From IMG/VR virus record IMGVR_UViG_3300045988_042432: DNA of 64,000 nt. One strand, 5' to 3'. The translations under genes were made by a program, and so were the position numbers. The notes below the pieces were generated by a model. The model saw only the letters and a list, made by a program, of their open reading frames with translations, was not told the DNA's origin and did not search any database. Shown here one piece after another: positions 21,496-31,481 of this stretch (position 1 is its first letter; each line of letters opens with the position of its first letter). This DNA comes from a virus.

Positions 21496-21861
21496 ATGAA
21501 ATTTAAGTACGACAAATCTAAAGGATTGCTATTCTTTATCAATCCGTTACTTCCGGTAAAAGGATATTCATTTATGAATATTTGTGCTATTATGTTTACT
21601 AGAAGTGAGGATTATATAAAGAGAATGAGTCAAGCTACAGTTACACATGAGAAGACTCACACGAAACAGATATTAGAAATGGGAATAGTATTCTTCTATT
21701 TATGGTATGTAATAGAGTGGTTTATTAAATTACTAGCTAGTGGCAATGCTCACACTGCCTATAGAAACATATCATTTGAAAGAGAAGCTAGATACGCGGC
21801 TGAACATCTTGAATACGAGAGGAAGACTTTCAGCTATGGCTGGTTTAAGTGGTTATTATGA
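21496..21861 (+). CDS. membrane protein with HExxH motif (putative zinc metallopeptidase-like)
   Basis: VTHEKTHTKQ...FEREA plus a hydrophobic helix. Start moved to the ATG just after the upstream stop. Confidence 0.5.
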   Translation: MKFKYDKSKGLLFFINPLLPVKGYSFMNICAIMFTRSEDYIKRMSQATVTHEKTHTKQILEMGIVFFYLWYVIEWFIKLLASGNAHTAYRNISFEREARYAAEHLEYERKTFSYGWFKWLL

Positions 21862-21916
21862 GAATCTCAACTAAAACAGATACAAACTAACGTAGAATTA
21901 TTAAACAATAACAATC

Positions 21917-22307
21917 ATGACTTTAATTCAAAATGAAGACAACAAATGCCCTACCACTAAACAGGTGAATGATGCACTCGAGTCTATGGGGGGGGGTTCA
22001 GACCCTGGTTTTAACAACATATAATTTAATTAACACAGATAGAAGTAGTCCCTTAGAAGTAAACAGTTCAGACCAGGCGGTGATGGATACTGTAAAGTCT
22101 AATGCGGAGAAAAATATTCCATTTCAATTACTGTACTATGGAGTAATTAGTGGAACTAGTTCAGTACAATTACTTCCAGTATCACTATATGGTATACCGT
22201 TAGCTAATGTGTTCACATTATACGTAAATCAAAGTGGTTTACAGCACTTTAGCCTTAACAAAGGCTCCAATCAAAAGTGGACTGCTTCTACACTTAGTAA
22301 TTCTTAA
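21917..22307 (+). CDS. G-tract family member P1, frame-broken at G9
   Basis: ATG 21917 gives MTLIQNEDNKCPTTKQVNDALESMGGG and then stops. The long frame 21969..22307 continues only if the tract is 8 or 11 G. Confidence 0.6.
21988..21996 (+). repeat. homopolymer G9
   Basis: Read directly: ATGGGGGGGGGTTCAG. Confidence 0.95.
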
Positions 22308-22338
22308 CATTTAAGAATTAAAGTACATTAATCGCAGT

Positions 22339-22542
22339 ATGAGAAATTTTATATTTGACGTCTGGGTTTGGTCTAAAGCCAAACACTCCAGACTACTTAA
22401 GCAAATAAGGGTAAAGGCACTATCGTTTCCTTCAGACATGTTCTGTTTGAACGAAGCTGCTAAAGATGCAGATGTATCACCCTACATGAAATCAGATGAA
22501 TTTGAAGTAACAATTGGTAATTTAAGAGAATATCAAGAATAA
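22339..22542 (+). CDS. hypothetical protein
   Basis: 67-aa ORF; its stop overlaps the ATG of P2 (TAATG). Confidence 0.55.
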   Translation: MRNFIFDVWVWSKAKHSRLLKQIRVKALSFPSDMFCLNEAAKDADVSPYMKSDEFEVTIGNLREYQE

Positions 22543-23037
22543 TGGAAAGTACTAATGAATTAGTAACAGCAGCTGAAGCTAGAGCAGAAGGCTTAAGCTT
22601 AGACGGAGTTGCGAACAATAGATGTATCACTAAGCAACAATTCAACGATAACCTACCGTCGGGGGGGGGGTATTGCTGACGCTATAGATTTATTAAACGG
22701 TTCACTAAGCGGTAGCACCCTAATATTCTTTAATAACACTACTGTAGACACTACAATGGGTATATCAATCATAAATATGTATGGTCAAAGCACATCGGCT
22801 ACACCAGATATTCCTGCTTCATCTATGGTGGTATACCCTATAGCAGGTGCTATAAGAAATGTAGCTTTGTTTGGCAATAGTGTGATTGGAAGTAATACTT
22901 ACGTAGCATTCCTATTAAATAATGCAAAGAATATGAATTACTATTCTAATTATGAAACAGATAAACTTATTATAGGAACTAATCAGAATTTGCCAGTACA
23001 GGGTCTACTTGCCGTTATGTGTATAAACAATACATAG
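22542..23037 (+). CDS. G-tract family member P2, frame-broken at G10
   Basis: ATG 22542 gives MESTNELVTAAEARAEGLSLDGVANNRCITKQQFNDNLPSGGGYC-stop. The frame 22609..23037 continues only if the tract is 9 or 12 G. Confidence 0.6.
22661..22670 (+). repeat. homopolymer G10
   Basis: Read directly: CCGTCGGGGGGGGGGTATTGC. Confidence 0.95.
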
Positions 23038-23049
23038 CAAGTATTTAAA

Positions 23050-23592
23050 ATGACAAATAAAATTGCAACAGAACAATATTTAATTAATTTAGCTGGTGGA
23101 GGTACAAATACTCCAACCAAGTGTGCCACTAGAGATAGAGTAGAGTTCTTCGGACTTGAAACTAACGATAATTACGCTAATAATCAGTTAGTTAAGGAAG
23201 AGGATATACAGTTGTCAACATTTCAGTATGACTTCAATATACATGTTTCAATAACTAACTCTGGGCTTACGTCTAAATCCTATGACTTTGTAGCAGATGT
23301 TTACATAGATGGAGTTCCAGATGGGTTTATAACAATTCCTAGGTCTGGAACTCTAGACTATCAAGGGGCAACTTTCTTTGACAGAAACTTCCACTTTAAT
23401 TTACCAACTGATTTAACTAGTGTCTCTAAATTATTGTTCACTGGATATTTCAGTACATACAGGGTGACTGTAGATGCGGATAGTGTAACAAATAATGCAG
23501 TATGCCAATCTGGGGTAACTACTGAAATACCAATAAATCAGGCATATATAGGAGGTGACACAGCTAATATTTCTATAAATGTAATTATATAA
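23050..23592 (+). CDS. G-tract family member P3 (intact, no homopolymer)
   Basis: 180-aa ORF MTNKIATEQYLINLAGGGTNTPTKCATRD...NNQLVKEEDI. The GGG is encoded by GGTGGAGGT at 23095-23103. Confidence 0.75.
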   Translation: MTNKIATEQYLINLAGGGTNTPTKCATRDRVEFFGLETNDNYANNQLVKEEDIQLSTFQYDFNIHVSITNSGLTSKSYDFVADVYIDGVPDGFITIPRSGTLDYQGATFFDRNFHFNLPTDLTSVSKLLFTGYFSTYRVTVDADSVTNNAVCQSGVTTEIPINQAYIGGDTANISINVII

Positions 23593-23834
23593 TGAAGTTT
23601 GTAACATTCTTAAAGCAAGTATTCACATCCCACTCTGGCATATCATCTAAGAGACTCTGCGGAGTAGTAGGGTGGTTTGTCTGCTTGGGAGTGTTAATAT
23701 ACTGTGCAATAAACGTAATTCAAGCCCCATTAATGATAGACACAGTCCTGTTGTGTTGTATGGGATTGCTTGGCATAGATTCAGTAACAGGAATATGGAA
23801 GAGATTCACCAATAACGATAAATCGAATAAATAA
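23592..23834 (+). CDS. small two-TM membrane protein (holin-like; speculative)
   Basis: 80-aa ORF with two hydrophobic helices; start and stop overlap its neighbours. Confidence 0.5.
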   Translation: MKFVTFLKQVFTSHSGISSKRLCGVVGWFVCLGVLIYCAINVIQAPLMIDTVLLCCMGLLGIDSVTGIWKRFTNNDKSNK

Positions 23835-26800
23835 TGAAAGTAATACCTAAACTACAACAAGGAAACACCATAGAGTCCGATAATACTAAAGTAGTTAGGC
23901 CAGAAATTCATGAACCTATTAAAGCTAAACCTAGACAGTATTCCATTGTAGATTTAGGTGGAGAACCTTCTAATGATACCAGGTCAGCTGCTGAAAGAAA
24001 TAGAGACTATTGGCATCCTATTAAGGGAGCTAAAGCCAGATTCAAGGCTTCTATGTCCAATGAGACTAATCCTCTAGTTGGAATAGAAAGAACTATACTT
24101 CCTTCAGCAGCTGGTGCTGCATTAGTAACAACTCCAGCCGCTGTTGTAGGAGGAGCTTTAGGTAATATGACTGTGGATAAGCTTACCGGGGGCTGGGGTA
24201 ATTGGTTAGAAGATAAGACTGGCATTCCGTCTGAAATTGGAATTTATACTAATCCAGGAGCTTGGTATGGTGGTGCTAAAGGATATAAGATTGGAAAGAA
24301 CAAGCTAATAACTAAATCAATTAAAGGTGATGCTGACCTAGCTTGGAATCCTATTAACAAGAATCATTGGATATTTAATAAGGAAGCAAGGACTCCTTCT
24401 AATATAGCAATGGCAACAGCTAACAGAATTACTCCATTTCTATCTAAGGTAGAGAAATTACCATTAAAAGTGGCTGCTTATAAAGCTGCCAAGAGAACTA
24501 ACGGTAATGCATCAGTAAGTTTGCAAGATATAAAAACAATGCCAGCCGACTACACAGGTTCTTCAATATTAGGTGGAGGAAATTTAGAAGGTAGGAATCT
24601 ATTAGCTAAATATATATTTGATGAGAATCCAGTAGTTAAAAGAATGTTCTTTAATAAAGCTACTAGTAATATCAAACCTATTAGCCGTAATGAAGCAAGG
24701 AGAGGATTTAGTCATGGGGATAGATATGAGCAGCTTTATCCTGGAGTTCATAACAGAAGATACGAAATGAGTGCAGTAGTACCCTCTGGTAGACCTCTTA
24801 AGTTTGAGAATGTTACAAAGTTTACTGATTATGCTGGAAAGAATCCAATCGGCAAGGTTGTTGGTAAGGAGACTGAACCAGTAATGCGTATGGGAGATAA
24901 AGAGTTTATGACCTTTAGGCAGCCAGGAACCGATTATATAGGTCCTATTGATGACGTTGCTGGACACTTGGTTAAGTTTCAAATGAATAAGGGTAAGCTT
25001 AGACAGACTTCTCAAGATATGTGGAAATTTAATCCTGCTGACTATGCTAAGAGGTGGAATGATTCTCCTAATACTGCTAACCAAGTTAGGCTTATTAAAC
25101 AAGCTGCATTAATGGATAAAGTAGGTCGTCCTTTCATATTGCAGCAATCTAATCCTATATGGATTGAAGGTAAGTCTGTTAGAAATCCGGAATTGGTAAC
25201 TATGGCACATGGTGGAAGATTTGATTTTAAGAAGTCCCCTCTGCTAAAGAAACAAGAAGAGATTAACGGTAAGAGGGATATGCGTAAGAAGTTCATCAAA
25301 TCAAGTCGCCCAACCTATAAGAAGCGAATCAAGAAAGCTCAACAAGGAATGAAGTTCGTAAGTTATAATCCAGTAAGTAATCCTACAATAGATTACACTG
25401 ATATTACTAATCCTATTAATCCATTTAGTGAGTATAATTATAATACAACTTACGATAAACCAGAAGCTTTAGTAGTACCAGTAAGAGATACTGAAGAAAC
25501 TGATGTAGTAGCTAATAATCCTACAGTAGAGCCAGTAATTAATAAGCCAGTAGCTAGTAATCCTGTTACCAATAAACCTGTTACTGCCAACTCAACTTGG
25601 AAGAGTCCATATACTAACAGAAGACAATGGTCTACAGAACTTATTAATGCCTATAAGAAGGCAGGTATTACTAATGATAATGCAATTAGAATGCTATTAG
25701 CACAAGACGCATTAGAATCTAGTTGGGGTAAGTCTGCACAAGGTAAGTACAACTTTGGCAATTTAACTACTGGTAGTTCATGGAAAGGTGATTATGTAAC
25801 TGGTAATGATAAAAATGCTAGAGGTGAAGCTATTAAGCAGAAGTTTAGGTCTTATAATTCTATGGATGAGTATGCAGCAGATAAGATACAATTCTTAAAG
25901 AGACTATATGACTTTGATGAGAATGATGATATTAATAAGTTTGTAGCTAAGCTTACTGGTTCTAATAAAGGTAAGAGAAGATATGCAGAAGCTAAGGAGT
26001 ATGCCAATTCATTAAGAGGCGTGTATAATAGTTTCAAAGCAGGTGGTATTATTAAATATCAAGAACCAGCACAACCTATAGCTAGAAGAGATGCTATTAA
26101 GGATTACAGACCTGAAATTCCACTTAGTCCTATTAAGCAACCAGTTAAACCTTATATGCCAACTCAACAGCCAGTGCTATCTTCTGATAATAGAACTGGT
26201 TGGGAGAAAGAAGTATCTAGGCAAATCAAAGCTGATAAAGCTAAGAATGATAAACTTTATGGTAATCAGCATACTTGGAACTGGTCTGCACCATTTACCA
26301 ATGCTAGAATTACTAAAGATAATGCTAGTGCTATATTTGATTTTGATAAGTCAGCAGCTATGAGTACATTTGCAATTGGACAGGGAATTGCTAGTCCTGT
26401 TACTACTGCAACATCTATAGCAGGTTCACTAGTTGGAGCTGGTATAGGTAATAAGGTAGCAGGAGAGAAAGGTGCTCTAGTCGGTGGATTTGTTGGTGGA
26501 ATGGTTAATCCTAGGTTTAGATTTGGGAAGAGTAGTTCTACTAAGAGACGGGAACATGGTAATGTAGCAGATAACGTTAATTTACATAGTAAGATGAATT
26601 TCGATGATTATGACCAAATTGTTAATGCAATAGATAATGAGGAGGAGTTATATAGACTTTATCTACAGAATGAAACTGTAGCTAAGAGAATACGTGAAGT
26701 TTCTCCGTCTTATGTAAAGGAGGTTAATAACTTTATTAAGACTAAAATCAAGAAGAGGTTTGGTAAGCCAACTAATGGTAATTATCAGGCTGCCAATAGA

Positions 26801-27430
26801 GTAGCAGATGATGCTCCAGAAGTTACATTTGGAGGAGTTCCGTTTAAGTATCAAGAGAATGTCTACAATATAGAACCAGGTAAACCTATACCCCATTTGG
26901 AGTTTGTAGCACATGAGAATAGCCATGGAATAGACAGGGCTGTGAGTAGATTACTAAGTACTGATTATCTAAGGAATTTATTGAATCCAAGTGACAAACT
27001 TCCGTTTAACAAATGGATTAATGAAGTTAAGAAGAGTAAGGCTGTAGTTGATTATATAAAGAGAAGTAGAAATTTAGATGTAAACAACCCAGCAGATTAC
27101 TCTAAAATAGAGAAGGAAGTTTATAAATACTTCTCTGACCCTACAGAGATTAAGGCATACTTCAGTAGGATTCCATTTGAGAAGTATAAGAAGTCAGTAG
27201 ATAGGAGCTTTGACGGGAAGGTTATTAATAATCCAGTATCAAAGGATATATTCCAAATCACTGATGCAGATATACTAGATGATGTTAGATTACAACTTAT
27301 AGCTTCTATCTATAAACGAAACGACATGGCGTCTTATGAAGCATTAAAGAGTAATCTTACTAATAAATTATGGGGAGTGTCTGCACTAGGTATTCCTGCA
27401 ATCAACACATTAATTAATGGATATGAATGA
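23834..27430 (+). CDS. large virion-associated cell-wall hydrolase (FlgJ/glucosaminidase-like domain) with C-terminal HExxH
   Basis: 1198-aa ORF with LLAQDALESSWGKSAQGKYNFGNL...KFRSYNSMDEYAADKIQFL (glucosaminidase pattern) and a later FVAHENSHGID. Confidence 0.7.
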   Translation: MKVIPKLQQGNTIESDNTKVVRPEIHEPIKAKPRQYSIVDLGGEPSNDTRSAAERNRDYWHPIKGAKARFKASMSNETNPLVGIERTILPSAAGAALVTTPAAVVGGALGNMTVDKLTGGWGNWLEDKTGIPSEIGIYTNPGAWYGGAKGYKIGKNKLITKSIKGDADLAWNPINKNHWIFNKEARTPSNIAMATANRITPFLSKVEKLPLKVAAYKAAKRTNGNASVSLQDIKTMPADYTGSSILGGGNLEGRNLLAKYIFDENPVVKRMFFNKATSNIKPISRNEARRGFSHGDRYEQLYPGVHNRRYEMSAVVPSGRPLKFENVTKFTDYAGKNPIGKVVGKETEPVMRMGDKEFMTFRQPGTDYIGPIDDVAGHLVKFQMNKGKLRQTSQDMWKFNPADYAKRWNDSPNTANQVRLIKQAALMDKVGRPFILQQSNPIWIEGKSVRNPELVTMAHGGRFDFKKSPLLKKQEEINGKRDMRKKFIKSSRPTYKKRIKKAQQGMKFVSYNPVSNPTIDYTDITNPINPFSEYNYNTTYDKPEALVVPVRDTEETDVVANNPTVEPVINKPVASNPVTNKPVTANSTWKSPYTNRRQWSTELINAYKKAGITNDNAIRMLLAQDALESSWGKSAQGKYNFGNLTTGSSWKGDYVTGNDKNARGEAIKQKFRSYNSMDEYAADKIQFLKRLYDFDENDDINKFVAKLTGSNKGKRRYAEAKEYANSLRGVYNSFKAGGIIKYQEPAQPIARRDAIKDYRPEIPLSPIKQPVKPYMPTQQPVLSSDNRTGWEKEVSRQIKADKAKNDKLYGNQHTWNWSAPFTNARITKDNASAIFDFDKSAAMSTFAIGQGIASPVTTATSIAGSLVGAGIGNKVAGEKGALVGGFVGGMVNPRFRFGKSSSTKRREHGNVADNVNLHSKMNFDDYDQIVNAIDNEEELYRLYLQNETVAKRIREVSPSYVKEVNNFIKTKIKKRFGKPTNGNYQAANRVADDAPEVTFGGVPFKYQENVYNIEPGKPIPHLEFVAHENSHGIDRAVSRLLSTDYLRNLLNPSDKLPFNKWINEVKKSKAVVDYIKRSRNLDVNNPADYSKIEKEVYKYFSDPTEIKAYFSRIPFEKYKKSVDRSFDGKVINNPVSKDIFQITDADILDDVRLQLIASIYKRNDMASYEALKSNLTNKLWGVSALGIPAINTLINGYE

Positions 27431-27800
27431 AATTAATTTGGTTTTACAGAAGTTTCCAAGCATAAATAGGGAAGAATTATTGACACTAACAGATGCCCTA
27501 CTTTGCTATTTGTATAACAAATGCCCGAAGTCTTTAGCTTCTCTTAAAGCTAAAGTTGATAAATGGTGTAGTGATACTATGCCAATTCCAAACTACTACT
27601 TAATGGGGTATAAAGAAATTGTTGAATCAGAAGAGTTCTTTAATCTACTTAGTAAAGTAGAGAAGTACGAGCACCTTAGTGGTAATCTATTTACTACAGG
27701 ACTTAAAGTAATTGGGACTGATATTAAATTAAATGAGTATTCAGATGTCATTCCAGAAAGAGGTGACGGACCAATAATAGATAATTTCTTTGAAATGTAA
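27417..27800 (+). CDS. hypothetical protein
   Basis: 127-aa ORF. Confidence 0.6.
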   Translation: MDMNEINLVLQKFPSINREELLTLTDALLCYLYNKCPKSLASLKAKVDKWCSDTMPIPNYYLMGYKEIVESEEFFNLLSKVEKYEHLSGNLFTTGLKVIGTDIKLNEYSDVIPERGDGPIIDNFFEM

Positions 27801-27885
27801 GTAATTTCACATTATAGATAAGGAACGTAATGGTTATCGAAATGGTCAACTATAATTGGTACTCCGGTAACTATATCTAAAATGA

Positions 27886-28050
27886 ATGAATATGATAACA
27901 GCAGAATATTGGATGGAAGGAATCAATAAAGTGCTTGATAGATATGGACTATCAAGAGAGGAGTTTTGGAAAGACCCCGAAGCATTCATTAATAATTTGG
28001 AAGATAAGGATGCAAAGCTTACATTGGAGTTCTACATGCAAATAGTATAA
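27886..28050 (+). CDS. small hypothetical protein (54 aa, below the ORF-track cutoff)
   Basis: Own translation: MNMITAEYWMEGINKVLDRYGLSREEFWKDPEAFINNLEDKDAKLTLEFYMQIV. Confidence 0.45.
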   Translation: MNMITAEYWMEGINKVLDRYGLSREEFWKDPEAFINNLEDKDAKLTLEFYMQIV

Positions 28051-28074
28051 CTAATAATAATTAAATGAATTAAT

Positions 28075-28335
28075 ATGACTAATGAACAATTAAATCAATA
28101 CTATAGTAAGGATGCAGATAAGAAGCAGTGTTGGGTAAGTAAAGACCATAACTGTCCATTAAAGGAACAATGTAATGGACTTGTTAAGCCAGAATGTAAA
28201 GAGCATATAGACAATGAAGAAGCCTGCCATGTTGTTGATAAGATGATAGAATGGTATTACCAAGTGGAAGAACCTGAATTTCTAAAGTTCTATAATTGTC
28301 ACTTAGAGATGTTAGAGAGACATGGAAGGAATTAG
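28075..28335 (+). CDS. Cys-rich small protein
   Basis: 86-aa ORF; ends in TAG. Confidence 0.55.
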   Translation: MTNEQLNQYYSKDADKKQCWVSKDHNCPLKEQCNGLVKPECKEHIDNEEACHVVDKMIEWYYQVEEPEFLKFYNCHLEMLERHGRN

Positions 28336-28616
28336 TTATTCCTTCCTCTGTTAGCAGGGATATTTAATGGACGTAAATTATTAAGCTTATTAGTACCACC
28401 TTCAGAAATTGGTTTAATATGGTCTACTTCCCAACCCCAAGGATGTTCAGCTTTACCATAAGCATCACGATGTATATATTCACCACTGGCATCTTTGCGA
28501 AGTCCGTCCTGTACTAAAGTGGCTTTACTGAATATTATATCCAGTTCTTCTTCTGTCCATTTAGGTCTTACTTCCATAATCTTAGATATTAGAATTAATA
28601 ACTGCAAATATAGCAA
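28332..28616 (-). CDS. HNH endonuclease
   Basis: 94-aa ORF with WEVDHIKPISEGGTNKLNNLRPLNIPANRGRNN. Confidence 0.75.
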   Translation of the reverse strand: MLYLQLLILISKIMEVRPKWTEEELDIIFSKATLVQDGLRKDASGEYIHRDAYGKAEHPWGWEVDHIKPISEGGTNKLNNLRPLNIPANRGRNN

Positions 28617-28791
28617 TAATTATTAATATTCCAAGACATCCTAAGAGAGTATGGAACGCATTGACAGGTAAGTATTTTGTTTATCCATTAATAGGAACTA
28701 CACTAATAGGAGGAATGAATTATGAGAAGATTTAATAAATATGGATTTGGTACAACAGCTCCAGCAATTATAAATAATAGAGAGTAATATT

Positions 28792-29058
28792 ATGGAAGAA
28801 TATCCTTATACAGAGGTTGTAGACGGTAAAGAGTACACCTATATTAATATGGGTACGTACTATGTAACTAACTTAGAGACTGGAGACAGAAGACTTGTAC
28901 AGAGAGAAGTGCCATTCTTATTCGATGATGAGTATGATACAGGTGTAAAAGATGAAGATGATACTGATTGCTTAACTGGGCATGAAGAGATTCTTAACCC
29001 ATTTAAAGCAGAATATGATGAGAATGGTAAGGAGATATTTATACCTAAAACCAAATGA
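28792..29058 (+). CDS. acidic small protein
   Basis: 88-aa ORF. Confidence 0.55.
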   Translation: MEEYPYTEVVDGKEYTYINMGTYYVTNLETGDRRLVQREVPFLFDDEYDTGVKDEDDTDCLTGHEEILNPFKAEYDENGKEIFIPKTK

Positions 29059-29071
29059 AGAAATAAATACA

Positions 29072-30155
29072 ATGAGTAGAATAGTAACACAAAGTAAATT
29101 AAACGAATTAACAGGTAAGAATATAGATTACGGGAGGGGGGGGGTATTGTCCTCACTACCAAACCATAGTTAGTCTCTGGGGTAGCGTAGTTGCGTCTAG
29201 TAACTACCAGCCAAATCAATTAGTTAAAGAAGAAGATATAGTTGTAGACAAAGACCTATTCCTTATTAATGCGGAGACAGGTAGTTTATACTTTGCTGGC
29301 GGTGGTACCTATGCTCAAATTCCAGCTATAGACGGCCATGAGGATTTTATATACATAGCTGGAGGAGGTGAAGCAATTGGAGCATTGTCTATGCTTGGAG
29401 GATTGTATGTAGTTAATCAGTCTACCAAACAGTGGGAATTAAAATACAAAGATACTGTAAGAGCTTATGGTTATGCTCACTTGGCTAGGTTCTCTACTGG
29501 CTGGGTATTTTATAAGGGAGCAGGAGGAGACGGTAAGAACTATGTTATTATAGTGTATGATGACGGTACAGTAAAGGAGCGTAGTGTTGTAGGCCCAGTC
29601 AGTAGCATATCAACTGGGCCTTATGATTACTGCTGTGTTGGGGCATCATATCAGGGAGGAGCTAGAATATATACCTTCTTGGCTACATCTGTACCAGATT
29701 CTCTTACTTATTATACTCCAGGAATGTTTACACCAAGTGCAGTAATACAAGGGTTTCATTCTTCGCCAAGAAGTGTAGTATATAGCACTACAAGTAATTA
29801 TACATACGTTAGTACTAACCCAACTGGAACTCAATGGACTGCTGCAACCACTAGACCACAACTAACAGGTTTGACTAAAGGATTGTATGTAAATGAAGCT
29901 GGGACTAATACATTTATGCTTATAGGAAATAATATGAAGAGTGTGTCTACAGATAGGGGTAATAATTGGACTACATCTACACTAGGTGAATATACTCTTA
30001 CTGATTTAATATATGTAGATTCAAATTGGTATGCAATTGGTTCGAATGGAACTAAAAGACTCCTATTGCAGAATACAGCTTCTACATTTGACCAAAGTAA
30101 TAAAATACTTGACTTGCCTGACTATTCTAGACAAGTAATTAAAATTAATACATAA
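29072..30155 (+). CDS. G-tract family member P4, frame-broken at G9; C-terminal beta-propeller-like domain with Asp-box
   Basis: ATG 29072 gives MSRIVTQSKLNELTGKNIDYGRGG... and then stops. The other frame is open from the tract to 30155 and contains NYQPNQLVKEEDI (family motif) and STDRGNNWT. It is in frame with 8 or 11 G. Confidence 0.6.
29136..29144 (+). repeat. homopolymer G9
   Basis: Read directly: CGGGAGGGGGGGGGTATTGT. Confidence 0.95.
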
Positions 30156-30170
30156 CAGGTTGATATAATA

Positions 30171-30215
30171 AAGCCCGAGCCTAGTAATTAAACTAAGTTC
30201 GGGCTTTGTTGTTTA
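30171..30215. terminator. hairpin between convergent genes
   Basis: AGCCCGA...TCGGGCT stem followed by TTGTTGTTT. Confidence 0.45.
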
Positions 30216-30337
30216 TAATAAGATTCCGTCTCGGTAAGTGAGAATACGTCAGAGCACACTGTCGTAGACCACCAAGACGAAGATGTAAAAACTATCTTAG
30301 GCTTTGTGCTTAGCATCTACTGGCTGGTATCAATTTA

Positions 30338-31192
30338 TTATATAGCTGTAGTGTCTATAGAGAATGTCACGTACCACCAATATAAATCATCTGCATTATC
30401 TATCCCAACTTCCAGTAGCTGTGACCAAGTTACTCCTTTGCATTTCCGTAAGTCCTTAAGTACATTCAGCACATCTTCCATGGGATTAATGATACATCCT
30501 TCAGCCCCATTTGTTCCATTGCTAATTGTCATATAAACTTGTAATTTAGATTCACCTCTAGGAACAACGGCAAATGTTTCATAATGGTCTTTTATGTTCA
30601 AAATAATATCTTCTATATGTTCTAGAACATTGGCTTGTAAGGGTTCGCCAGTCAGGTTACACATTCTTAAGCCTTTGGGAGTTCTTTCATAATATAAATT
30701 CTTTAAAGCTCCAAATGTATCATACCAAGTTCCAGAGTTAAACAGTTTAATTACTTGTTTACGTTCCTCCTCATTATAAGGACTCCACCTATTCCCAAAT
30801 CCTCTACTGGTTCTATCATTATATGTTTCTGTTCCCGATTGTACTATATAGTCAATAATAGTGTCCAAATTAGATTCTATTATTTCAGTAGCATAGTCTA
30901 AGGGATACTTTCCGTCAACTACTTTAGTAGTATCAGTATCAAGAATGGGATATTCTTCATGCGAGAACAATAGCTCTCTAGTTTCGGAAGTAGAAAATAT
31001 GCAGGCATTTGTGTCAAATAGAAAGCTGTCAGCCTGATGTTTTACCCCTGTTAGACAGTCAATACAGAATTGTTTTATCTTATCTCTTTGTGCCTTTAAT
31101 GATGATGCTATATCATTACAATTGAACTGTAAATTTATAGATTGCATATCAAAGTAAAGGATTAGCCATTTATTATACTCCTCATTTATCAT
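30338..31192 (-). CDS. hypothetical protein
   Basis: 284-aa ORF. Confidence 0.65.
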   Translation of the reverse strand: MINEEYNKWLILYFDMQSINLQFNCNDIASSLKAQRDKIKQFCIDCLTGVKHQADSFLFDTNACIFSTSETRELLFSHEEYPILDTDTTKVVDGKYPLDYATEIIESNLDTIIDYIVQSGTETYNDRTSRGFGNRWSPYNEEERKQVIKLFNSGTWYDTFGALKNLYYERTPKGLRMCNLTGEPLQANVLEHIEDIILNIKDHYETFAVVPRGESKLQVYMTISNGTNGAEGCIINPMEDVLNVLKDLRKCKGVTWSQLLEVGIDNADDLYWWYVTFSIDTTAI

Positions 31193-31198
31193 AGTTCA

Positions 31199-31480
31199 TC
31201 AATCAAAACTTCCAAAACTAGCTACTAAGCTCATTGGTATGTGTATTGTATCTTTTACTCTGCGAGTACCGTCCTCATCACAATGATTCTCAATACCTCT
31301 TCCCAATATTATTGATTTGTCGTCCATATATGCCAAGTAGCCCACTGTGGTTATCAAATTCTCATCCGGACATTCTCCTAGTATATGTCCTCCACGCCAT
31401 ACGTATCTATCGTCCCAATGAACCCACATAGGTTCTCCTACTTCATATCCTAGTTTCTGTACATTTAATTTATTATCCAT
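31199..31480 (-). CDS. hypothetical protein
   Basis: 93-aa ORF. Confidence 0.6.
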   Translation of the reverse strand: MDNKLNVQKLGYEVGEPMWVHWDDRYVWRGGHILGECPDENLITTVGYLAYMDDKSIILGRGIENHCDEDGTRRVKDTIHIPMSLVASFGSFD

Positions 31481-31481
31481 A

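Noticed and set aside
28697-28780. 21-aa mini-ORF (MRRFNKYGFGTTAPAIINNRE) with a strong AGGAGG 8 nt upstream
   Set aside because: It is too short to support without comparative or expression data, and a Shine-Dalgarno signal is of uncertain relevance in a putative Bacteroidales host.
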